64,000 bases of DNA. Source: Haliotis cracherodii. Lineage: Eukaryota. The notes beneath the pieces were generated by a model. The model was given only the letters and a program-made list of their open reading frames with translations, made no database searches and was not told the DNA's origin. The translations under genes and the position numbers were made by a program. Shown here one piece after another: positions 1 to 12,200 of this stretch (position 1 is its first letter; each line of letters begins with the position of its first letter). The DNA is taken from the NCBI RefSeq assembly GCF_022045235.1, contig NW_027266264.1, positions 47,306,001 through 47,370,000 on the forward strand. The letters are read 5' to 3'.

Positions 1-80
1 TAAATGAATACAATTCCCACACCACCACCAGCCCCATTCATTTGTTAAGAGGCATGGTTATCTTCAAAGGCATGGAACGG

Positions 81-2180
81 AATACACACCCACATGAGTC
101 TCAACACATCCTACCACTTCAAACATCAGGTGACAGCCTCAGTGCACACCCACATGAGTTTCAACACATCCTACCATTTCAAACGTCAGGTGACAGCCTC
201 AATGCATGTCCACATGAGTCTCAACACATCCTACCACTTCAAACATCAGGTGACAGCCTCAATGAACACCCACATGAGTCTCAACACATGCTACCACTTC
301 AAACATCAGGTGACAGCCTCAATACACACCCACATGGGTCTCAACACACCCTACCACTTCAAACATCAGGTGACAGCCTCAATGCATGTCCACATGAGTC
401 TCAACACATCCTACAACTTCAAACATCAGGTGACAGCCTCAATGCATGTCAACATGAGTCTCAACACATCCTACCACTTCAAACATCAGGTGACAGCCTC
501 AATGCATGTCCACATGAGTCTCAACACATCCTACAACTTCAAACATCAGGTGACAGCCTCAATGCATGTCAACATGAGTCTCAACACATCCTACCACTTC
601 AAACATCAAGTGACAGCCTTAATGCATGTCCACATGAGTCTCAACACATCCTACCACTTCAAACGTCAGGTGACAGCCTCAGTGCACACCCACATGAGTC
701 TCAACACATCCTACAACTTCAAACATCAGGTGACAGCCTCAATGCATGTCCACATGAGTCTCAACACATCCTACAACTTCAAACATCAGGTGACAGCCTC
801 AATGCATGTCAACATGAGTCTCAACACATCCTACCACTTCAAACATCAAGTGACAGCCTCAATGCATGTCCACATGAGTCTCAACACACCTAACCACTTC
901 AAACATCAGGTGACAGCCTCAGTGCACACCCACCTGAGTCTCAACACATGCTACCACTTCAAACATCAGGTGACAGCCTCAATGCACACCCACATGAGTT
1001 TCAACACCTCCTACCACTTCAAACGTCAGGTGACAGCCTCAATGCATGTCCACATGAGTCTCAACACATGCTACCACTTCAAACATCAGGTGACAGCCTC
1101 AATACACACCCACATGGGTCTCAACACACCCTACCACTTCAAACATCAGGTGACAGCCTCAATGCATGTCAACATGAGTCTCAACACATCCTACCACTTC
1201 AAACATCAGGTGACAGCCTCAATGCATGTCCACATGAGTCTCAACACATCCTACAACTTCAAACATCAGGTGACAGCCTCAATGCATGTCAACATGAGTC
1301 TCAACACATCCTACCACTTCAAACATCAGGTGACAGCCTCAATGCACACCCACATGAGTTTCAACACCTCCTACCACTTCAAACGTCAGGTGACAGCCTC
1401 AATGCATGTCCACATGAGTCTCAACACATCCTACCACTTCAAACGTCAGGTGACAGCCTCAGTGCACACCCACATGAGTCTCAACACATCCTACCACTTC
1501 AAACATCAGGTGACAGCCTAAATGCATGTCCACATGAGTCTCAACACATCCTACAACTTCAAACATCAGGTGACAGCCTCAATGCATGTCAACATGAGTC
1601 TCAACACATCCTACCACTTCAAACATCAAGTGACAGCCTCAATGCATGTCCACATGAGTCTCAACACACCCTACCACTTCAAACATCAGGTGACAGCCTC
1701 AGTGCACACCCACCTGAGTCTCAACACATGCTACCACTTCAAACATCAGGTGACAGCCTCAATGCACACCCACATGAGTTTCAACACCTCCTACCACTTC
1801 AAACGTCAGGTGACAGCCTCAATGCATGTCCACATGAGTCTCAACACATGCTACCACTTCAAACATCAGGTGACAGCCTCAATACACACCCACATGGGTC
1901 TCAACACACCCTACAACTTCAAACATCAGGTGACAGCCTCAATGCATGTCCACATGAGTCTCAACACATCCTACCACTTCAAACATCAGGTGACAGCCTC
2001 AATGCATGTCAACATGAGTTTCAACACATCCTACCACTTCAAACGTCAGGTGACAGCCTCAATGCATGTCCACGTGAGTCTAAACACATCCTACCACTTC
2101 AAACATCAGGTGACAGCCTCAATGAACACCCACATGAGTCTCAACACATCCTACCACTTCAAACATCAGGTGACAGCCTC
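81..2180. repeat. 60-bp tandem repeat (minisatellite), ~35 copies
   Basis: Unit aatgcatgtccacatgagtctcaacacatcctaccacttcaaacatcaggtgacagcctc recurs in exact register on every 60-nt line. It explains the 20-aa-repeat ORFs at 42-2261. Confidence 0.97.
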
Positions 2181-2420
2181 TGTGGTCTAGTTGAAAGCCA
2201 TGCTATACCAAAAGATGTTACAATATGGTACTTTGTTACCTTGCCTGGTGCTTGGCATTAACTGGATACAATGACTGGTTGGCCAAGAGTTAGAATACCC
2301 TGCCTGCGCGAGGTATCCATGTTTAACTGCAGCATGGTATCTCAGTGTGCTAGCACCATAAAACCAGCGTTGGGATGGACTAGTAGAAGCAAGAAGACAT
2401 GCACACACACACACACAGTA
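2172..2420 (+). mobile_element. degenerate SINE-like repeat (family 4)
   Basis: Core 'aaagatgttacaatatggtactttgttaccttgcctggtgcttggcattaa' is shared with 27650-27950 (+) and 54775-55010 (-). Confidence 0.6.
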
Positions 2421-2454
2421 GTACACACACTCAACAGTATACTAGCAACATGAC

Positions 2455-2605
2455 AGCGGCCTGTAAATGATCGAGTCTGGGCCAGACAATCCAGTGATTG
2501 ACAACATGAGCATCAATCTATGCAGTTCGGTGACGATGACATGCATCAACCAGTCTGACCATCCTATCCCATCAGTCGCCTCTCATGAATGGTTTTAGAA
2601 GACCA
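2455..2605 (-). mobile_element. SINE-like interspersed repeat (family 1), partial
   Basis: Reverse complement of the 'gatcgatgctcatgatgtcaatcactggattgtctggtccagactcgattatttacagaccgccgtc' core seen at 10440, 34730, 36535 and 43120. Confidence 0.75.
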
Positions 2606-2633
2606 ACTGTCTTTGACTGCAGCTATATTATTA

Positions 2634-2882
2634 TGAATACACAATGCCATTTAAAAAGTGGTCAAATGTAACAAATGTTATATTTGGGATAACACTTTCT
2701 TAGTAAAGTACAGATTCTCGTACTCTTTTGGGTTGAGTCCCGTCCGCTGTCTTTGTGTGCTGGCGATTAGGTGCCTCACTCTGGCAAGTGTGGGTTCGAA
2801 TCCCGGACGGGACTCAACCCAAAAAGTACGAGAATCTGTACTTTACTAAGAATGTGTTATCCCAAATATAACATTTGTTACA
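2634..2882. mobile_element. foldback element with tRNA-like core (copy 1)
   Basis: About 80-bp inverted arms (2667-2746 vs 2804-2882) surround a B-box-like 'gggttcgaatccc'. A second copy lies at 12602-12927. Confidence 0.75.
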
Positions 2883-4632
2883 GCTTTATTATTGTTACTG
2901 TGTGAAACCCTTTTCACTCTCTCAGTTACCACAATACTTATGTTGATTTTAAAAGGAAGTAATAACAAAAATATTGCTAACTATATTTCAGAGACCTAAG
3001 CATACATATTTTGTCCTGCATGAAGAAATTTCCTCCTGTTCAGTATATGATGTAAGTGACTGGGATGTGACACATTGGAAATTGCTTGTTTCATTTTCGG
3101 ACCTATTTTCTACAACAAAGGGTGTTGGTTTCAGTGTCAACAAGGAAACAGCATTATCACTATCCCCGGTCGTGGGGCCCATGATTTTATTTGTTCATAT
3201 AGAACTTAATGACGAGGAAGTTAACTGTAAAACGGCAAAGGATATTACGACATTAGTAAAAATGAATGCGGTACAATTACTATACAAGTGTGAGTTGGGC
3301 CTTATTCGTTCGATGTTTATATTAAGCCACTTTATATTGTAATAAAAGCGCCAGGTTGTTATCATAAGCCTTCGTAACATGAACCCCGGCCCCGAGTGTG
3401 TCACCACGACTCTGTACTTTGTATCAGCATTGTTAACTTTCGTTATGCCAGCGTAACCGTGTATTCCCGCACGCCGCCGTCTTTCCAGGAATACAGCCTT
3501 TACCAGGAAGCTGGCAATATGTCAACTTTATATGTCACGTGAAAGCAGATACAAGGTGAAGGTGAGATCAAGCTTTGAATAGCGCACAACGCAGTTCTAA
3601 AAATACATTTTATGGAAAATCCAAAATAATACGTAATGCACACAGAACACGATTGGGTGATAGAACAATCTGCGATAGCTTTCTACAGTTTTCAGTGGTA
3701 GAAAGCAACCAAGGTAAATTCATTTTGTATTATTTTTACAATTCGGTCCATTACGTTGTGATTTATAAGGGTGTATGTACTCGTGTGTGTATTCTACTTT
3801 CAGTATTTTTATGTCCTGTTCTCTCCTCATCCGATCACACTAGGAAACCCTAGATCGCTTTTTGTTGTGTAAATGACCATGCAGTATATAAATCACCATT
3901 TGGCTAATTACCAGAACGAGTGTGACGACAGTTTGGAGAATGTTGATATAGTGTTATTAATGATAATAGGAATCGGTTATGTGGCTATATAGGGTCTATG
4001 TGTAAAGTATTTGTCCAATAAAGCCGTGTGTGGTTAACAAACCTGAAAGTACCATACATAGTGATATCCTTGGCACCATATAACCTAACCCTCGGACTGT
4101 GTTGAGAAACAAAAGAAGAACCGCCTTACGAAGTTATCCCCCTTTGACGCAGTCATAGTTCTGACAGCCGTATGTACACCCCTTCTAACAATAAGTAGAA
4201 AGGACGAAAGCAAGTAGAACTTAAATTCAAATCTCTTGCGAGTACTGTGACTGTGAATATGGCCCATAAACAATAAACATCATAAAGTATCATCGTCGGA
4301 ACATACTCCTTTAATCAGATAATATTTTATGTATAAAACCACATTTTGTTTCTGAATATTTTATCAGTTAAAGAAGGTAGAGATGCGATTTCATTTTTTG
4401 TAGTTATTGGTTAATGTTTGTAGATAAAAGATTATTGTACTGCCTTGTACTCAATAAGTAGGATAGCAAGTTTCTGCCACAAAACTGTATTGTGCATCAA
4501 TGAAAGGAAAGGATGTTGTTCTACCCGTTAAATGGAAATGCTACCTGAAAAATTGATTTAAATGTAACCTTGTTTATTCGCAAATGGAGAATTCATAGGG
4601 CTCCGTGTTGTTAACAGGAAGAGTGGTATAAA

Positions 4633-7600
4633 ATGGAAATGCGACGGAGAAGTCATCCCAGACTCCACTTCCGCCACTCCCACCCTCCTGTCGCCCCAGA
4701 CGACCCTCCCAGACTGTGTGTGCTGGATGTTTGCCTCAACCACGATCTCCTGGAAGCTCTCAAGGAGCAACAGCATGTCAAAGGTTTGATGTTACCTCGC
4801 TTTGCATCCTACTTTATTAATTCCATGCACGAGAGTCGACATTTATGCCGCTTTGAACAGTACTTCAGTAATCTCACAGCGTGGAAGCTTGATGTGGGGG
4901 CATAGGGGATGCACGCCTGACACGTGTATCACTGTGCTCACTGTGCTGACAAATCGAAACATAGAGTATTGTAGCGAATCATTAGATTCTTGTAGGCTTG
5001 CTCTACGCAAAGATTCATGGCACCTTAGACGAAACGGCCAACGTGCAAAGATGGAACAAAATGTCATTACTTACACAATAACCTCCATCTGACACTGATT
5101 GTCGTAGATGAATACCATCCTTGGACAATACCAGCCGGCAAATCATACATATTAGAAAGTCGTTGAGTTCACGGCTGTCACAGTGTGGTTTCACATATTA
5201 GTGCTCTGTCTAGCACAAGTGACTCTAGTATGGACTACCATTCATATATAAAAAAATTTCAGATTATGGTGTTCTTCTCCGTGTTCACTGGGACCAGACG
5301 GGAAGCCCTGATGGAGACATGTCAACTCTCACACTCTCGCATGTACCGACAGATAGTTCCTCCGCTGTTCTGAACGCCGATTATGCCATAGGAATTTCCA
5401 CGAATCATGCCGTCTTTGAAACCTTCATTACAAAAATGTTCACCACGTACAATGTCCAACTGGTAGCGGTTCAGTACCCGCCCATGGTGCTGACATTTCA
5501 ACACGGCCCAGGCTCCGGCATCAGTCAGCTTACTTCAGATAAAACCAGACTGCATGGCTTTGTGAAAGACCTCATAACGCAGTGTACAGTTGCCAAGCAC
5601 CAGATGCAGTTGAAGATAAACGTTAAGAGAGGGTCTAAGGTGGTGTTGCCCCCAAGACACACCTGTAGATGTCTTGAAGACGAGCCAGGAGCCGACAGAG
5701 GTTCGTTTGCTCCCTACACTGACAACAGTAGCCAGACAGGCGAGAACCACTATGCCAGCATGTGAGTATACACCCAGGCATGCAAGTCTACATCCAGGCA
5801 TGTGAGTATACACCCAGGCATGTGAGTACACACCCAGGCATGTGAGTATACACCCAGGCATATGAGTATAAACCCAGGCATGTGAGTCTACACCCAGGCA
5901 TGCGAGTCTACACCCAGGCATGTGAGTATACACCCATGCATGTGAGTCTACACCCAGGCATGTGAGTATATACTCAAGCATGTGAGTATACACCCAGGCA
6001 TGTGAGTGTACACCCGGGCATGTGTATATACATGTGAGTATACACCCAGGCATGTGAGTATACACCCAGGCATGTGACTCTACACCCAGGCATGTGAGTC
6101 TACACCCAGGCATGTGAGTCTACACCCAGGCATGTGAGTATATACTCAAGCATGTGAATCTACACCCAGGCGTGTGAGTCTACACCCAGGCATGTGAGTA
6201 TATACTCAAGCATGTGAGTATACACCCTCGGCATGTGAGTATACACCCAGGCATGTGAGTCTACACCCAGGCATATGAGTCTACACCCAGGCATGTGAGT
6301 ATATACTCATGCATGTGAGGATACACCCAGGCATGTGACTCTACACCCAGGCATGTGAGTATACACCCAGGCATGTGAGTATACACCCATGCATGTGAGT
6401 ATACACCCAGGCATGTGAGTATACACCCAGGCATGTGACACTACACCCAGGCATATGAGTCTACACCCAGGCATGTGAGTATATACTCAAGCATGTGAGT
6501 ATACACCCATGCATGTGAGTCTACACCCAGGCATGTGAGTATACACCCAGGCATGTGAGTATACACCCCCGCATGTGAGTATACACCCAGTCATGTGAGT
6601 CTACACCCAGGCATGTGAGTATATACTCAAGCATGTGAGGATACACCCAGGAATGTGAGTCTACACCCAGGCATGTGAGTATATACTCAAGCATGTGAGT
6701 ATGTACTCAAGCTAGTGAGTATACACCCAGGCATGTGAGTATATACTCAAGCATGTGAGTATACACCCAAGCATGTGAGTATACACCCAGGCATGTGAGT
6801 CTGCACCCAGGCACGTGAGTATATACTCAAGCATGTGAGTAGATACCCGGTCTAACATTTCGGCAGAGCTGATTCATTATCAATCATACGTCCATTTAGA
6901 ATTAAAATAGCCTGTTTTATTTTTCTAAACCTTTCCTTGACATATATGAATATAATGTTTTGAAAGTTTCACATATAAGTATTTCTATTGGTTTATACTC
7001 TCAGGTCAAGTCTTTCTTTGGACGATGAATCGATGGAAGTGGGTTGCAAAGTTCCATCGACGATTGAAGTGAGGTTTAAAACCGTGGAGACAGAACTTGC
7101 TGAGCAACGGCAGTTTATGGAGTCACAGTTCTGTGAACAAAAAGATCAAAATGACGAAATCAAATCAGCTCTGTTACAAATATCAGATGTTTTAGCACAG
7201 ACAAGTGAACAGGAATGTCGACGAAAAAGGGAAACCAATCTAGTAAAGAATATTCTTGATGAGCCAGATTTAATGCAGTTTTCTCTGGAAACAGAACCAT
7301 CAAAGCCCAGATCCAAAGAAACGCCGGACCAGAGTGAACACCAACCACACGTAGAAGTGCAGGATAAAACGGGGTCGCAGGGTGGTAAGGAACTGGAGGA
7401 AGAAGGCCACAAAAACGACCAACAAACGAGAGACGATCGAGAAGAAGAAGAGTCGAACGTGAAGGAGACAGAGGAGGAAGAAGAAGAGGACATGGTTAGT
7501 GAAGAAGAAAGTACGGATGACGACGAAGACGATGATGTAGAAAGTCAACCAGAGGAAGCCTATTCCGAAGATCCCTACCAACAGCGCAAAGGACCTATCA

Positions 7601-9215
7601 TCAAGGAAATTGACGGCAATGAACTTAGGAGTTTGTCACCTCCAAGAACGCAACAAGAAATGAGATTCACTACAACCAAAACTAAGTCGACTGTTTACAA
7701 CAGCACCTACAATCCTTCGAGTGATGGTTTGTCTGGAAATTACCCGTACGCGTCTCAAAATGACAGTCGATCTGTGAAACAAAGACAACCTGCCGTTTAC
7801 ACAGGAAATGTGTATAACGATGATCCGCCAGGGATGGATCCCTATAACAGCCACGCAGGTAATCTGTTGGATGGAGCTTTGAGGCATGAGACATTTCATA
7901 CAGACGAAGGAAAAGTAGACAAGTTTACAAGGTCCAAGACGCATATGTGTCTCCGTCATGGGAAGTATGTTACGACACAACAGACAGCTCTCGCCCTCAC
8001 CAGACCCGATGGGCAAGTACAGACGAAGAAGATGGTAACCAGTCACACAGGGGACCTTGGTGACATTGGATTAAGTGGGATGATAAATGAAGAACACAGG
8101 TGTGAGAGTGATGTGTATTCTGATCTGCAGACAGATGAACTGAACTTTGACATCAGCAACAGGGATCACCGGAGGAAGGATTCGTATACCATACAAGGGC
8201 AAGTCCTATATGTTTTGTTAATGAATAGTACCACTCTTAGTATATTATTCTGCACAGTACTGCGGTAGCAACTCATGAAATGACTGTGGCAGTGCACAGC
8301 TATTTATGTGAGTTGTATAATGTTGGTTTGTCGGTTAACGCCGCACTCAGCAATATTCCAACTATATGACGGCGGTCTGTACAATAATCCAGTGATTGAC
8401 ATCATGAGCATCGATCTACGCAATTGGGATCGATGAAATGTATCAACCAAGTCAGCGAGCCTGACCACCTAATCCCGTTAGCCGCCTTTTACGACGAGTA
8501 TGGGTTGCTGAAGACCTATTCTACCCCGTAATCTTTACGGGTCAGTTGTACTTTTTTACATATCATGTCATTTACGTATGAATTAATCTACGATGAGAAA
8601 ATGATGCATGTACTGACAAAGTCAATTATATTCAGACAAGCGATGATGACCAAGACAAGACTAGGCGATGAACCGGACGGAGAGCAGCGGATGCAGACAT
8701 TGCTAGCGAGCATGGTTGGGGACAACGTGGATGGGAACAGATTGTGGGAGAGTGTGGAAGAGGCTCAATCTGCAGGTACCGTCATGTTGTAGAGACCATC
8801 TCCCCTGTTACACTATGAAGCAGACAGGGCACTGCGGGTTTGCAGCTTATGATACACAGCACACAGGTAAAACATCAGGTGAAGATGAGTAACGTTGGCT
8901 GTGGAGAATAGTTGGATGAGAGACGTATATGGCAAGCTTGACTCCTAAAGTTTCTATGGCTTCGGTCCTGCCCCACACTGAAGCACATGTGGTGTCTCCC
9001 TTTGCTAGAAATATGCCTCTGTTCGACCAACAGTTACTGGGTACCCGGTAAGATGATATGGCAATGTGATTGTCAACATACAGGCGCCTCACAGGCAGCT
9101 TGCAGTTGGGGTGTATACTCCCCAGGTGAGAATGAGTGCACACTCATCAATTTACCGGATATAAATATGATGTAGAATGATGTAGCGGAATGGAATTTAA
9201 CGCATAATAAATGGA

Positions 9216-9271
<56 letters not shown>

Positions 9272-12200
9272 TTTTTTTTTTTATTTTTATTATTATTACA
9301 GACTCGAGCATGGTACCGAACGTGGAATCCGCCCTGGACACCGTCATCTGTATTGATACATCGGACAGTGTCAGGGGAGAAACGTTCGGCCACATAACAA
9401 AGATTCTCCACGACTTTATAAACGGTAAGTATTAATGGTCAACGCCGAAACCATGTTTCTCGTAATAGCGGAGTCTCTAAGATATCTGATTTCTTAAAGA
9501 AAAGAAGCTTGAAGCAACCGACGTGTCTTGTTCTCAGTACACTACAGCTGCTGGTGATGTGTTGTCTCAGTGCTTCGTCAGATTGACATGTTAGAGAGTT
9601 GCACAGATAAACGTATTCATAAATGAGGGTACAGTTTGGAGGCGCCTGCTAGGGGCTTTAGGGTAGCCTAGTGGTTAAAGAGTTCGCTCGTCACGCCAAG
9701 ACCATGGCTCGATTCTCCATATGGGTGCATTTGTGAAATGGATGACAAAGATTTTTTTTATATTCAGGCATTGAAGATATTGCCGAACAATACGAAATGG
9801 AGGAAAATATTGCTCTGGTTACTTTTGGAGGCCGTGCCCGAGTGCTGCACCAACTGTCAAATGACTACGGGAGTTTGAGGGATGCCATAGGTATGATGCC
9901 CTGTCCAGTCAGATAACTATATATATGCCTACATGCAATAGGAATATGTCCTCCATAAATCCTATAATGGTTGCTATCTTTTCTCAGAATGTATATTCAG
10001 TGGCATCATGTTCTTGGTTATATATATATGGAATCTGAATTCGACATGTTTGCCACCTAGATGACCTGACTCCGGGAGGGCCGTCCCCACTGCAGGAAGG
10101 GCTTCTGCTAGCGATGGCGTGTACAGGAAAAGGTATGTCAAACACCCTCAGCTACATCAGTATATGCTATGACTAACATTCGAAACCCTCAGTCTTATTA
10201 ATACGTTTTACCTTATGTATGATATATCTATTTCACAGTGTCGCACCGGTGAAGACCCGGGTTATAAGAGGCGACTAACGAGAATAGGTGGCCAGACTCG
10301 CTGACACACATACTCACGTGCATGGACATCGCTATTTAAGTGCAATAATCTTGAATGCGGCGTTCAACCCCATTTCACCTCACCTCACGATATGCAGTAT
10401 TCATTGTATTTATGTTATCGGTTGTATACCTGGACTATGGAACCCGCGAGGATTCGGGTTAGAATTGGTCTTTAACAACCCATGTCTGTCGTAAGAGGCG
10501 ACCAAAGGGATCGGGTGGTCAGTCATCGTAACCCGATTGCGTGGATCGATGCTCATGATGTCAATCTCTGGACTGTCTGGTTCAGACTCCATTATTTACA
10601 GACCGCCGTCATATTGCTGGAATATTGCGGAGTGGGGCGTTAAACAACAAACAAACAAAAGACAAAAATAGATTTAGTCGTGGCATGGGCAGGGAGAATA
10701 ATTCGGTTTGTTATTTTCTCGCACAAGATAATCAGCATTTGAGAAAAGTGATGGGTGTTAACGATTGCATACACGGGTATGTTGTAAACGAGCGTTACAC
10801 GTACTTCAGATATTCACATATGGGCGTTTGGTTCATGGTGAAATGTTACTGTTTGATTTCAGGAGGAATACTTAACATCGGAGGCAGTCTGAAACTCCCC
10901 CCTAGGTTAATCGTCATCACGGACGGTCTGGCCACTGGTACAATACCAGAGACAGCACAGGATGGACATATGGCTAGTGAACAGGTAAAGCGGTTAATAT
11001 GTCCTTGAACATATGTGAACTATGTGAACTTGTTTAGGACTGTGTTGGTTTCATCGAACGTTCACTTTCTATCCAATTGTTTCAGGAGAAGGCGGTACTG
11101 ACCCACGCTTTCAGCCAGCTGAGGAGGAGACAGCCGGGGGACTACGTGCCACACCCAGTTGTGGTGGTCCCCGTGGGCCGGTCTGACATGGTTGGTAAAC
11201 AGTCCCGGTATTAGACGTTTCAGTATACATTTGAATATTTATCGTATAGCTTTATCATGTTTAGTTGCAATATGTAAGTGTGTCATAAGAGTTATATATT
11301 TATATCATAATACGTTTATTTATATTGGTGATAAGTTCCCAACTGAGCTTTTATGAACCAGTTGCTGTGGAAACCAAATTTCAAAGAGACCATGCAAGGT
11401 TTCAGTTTCCAACATGTAACTGTTTCTAAGAAATTCATATAAATTTCAAAGTTACTCCATAGAAAGAATATCATAGTTAGGCTCAAATGCGCAATGCGCT
11501 GCTTGCGAAATTTCATCAAATTGTCTGCGTAAATGGAAAACCAACTGCATATCACCTCTTTAATATACGCGTTTAACTGGCATTAGTTTCAAACAATTAC
11601 ATTCTGACATTCCATTGTTCAAGACCATGATCATTTATCTTATATCTGAAACTGTTTTAAGGTGTTCCGTCTGGGGTGCACACTTCCTTCTATTGGTACA
11701 TATAATATGTAATCCTTCACCACCTCCATCTCCATCGCCATTGCCCCTCAGCACCTGTTCAACTGTTCAATCATTCCCCGATACAGAGTTTCCTGTTGAC
11801 GATGGGACGACTATGCGGAGGGATGCTGGTTGAGGGTACCGCCATTAAGAAGCTGTGCCGACATCAGCGCCTACATGTAAGGAGAGATGAAGCATAATCA
11901 CTAACCTGCTGTAATGACACAAATACCCTTACGATTGAAAGATGTGGCTACAGTGACACCACCGTGCTACTGTTTTGATTTACCTTTGTATATTCTCATT
12001 TACCTTTGTAGAAACTTGCGGGTGATTCTTTGGAAGTTATCAGGAATAAACGCCTGGACTCTGCCACATTTGAAGACCCGATGTTAAGACAACTTACAAT
12101 CAGTCTTTCACCATACACAAGACAGGACGAGATGGTAAGCTAAACGATTTGACTTTTATGTGAGTGAGTGAGTATGGTTTTTACGCCGCTTTTAGCAATA

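Noticed and set aside
42-2261. Long 20-aa-repeat ORFs (283-475 aa) as a protein-coding gene
   Set aside because: They are a by-product of a 60-bp unit lacking stops. Two frames are equally open, each is broken by a point stop, and no splice or domain context was found.
2755-2815. tRNA genes at gggttcgaatccc motifs (also ~12810, 42290, 46205)
   Set aside because: Only B-box-like fragments within repeated SINE or foldback elements; I could not build a full cloverleaf.
8655-8685. Tankyrase-binding-like motif (RLGDEPDG) in the gene A linker
   Set aside because: The spacing is non-canonical and the motif is not conserved in B, C or D.
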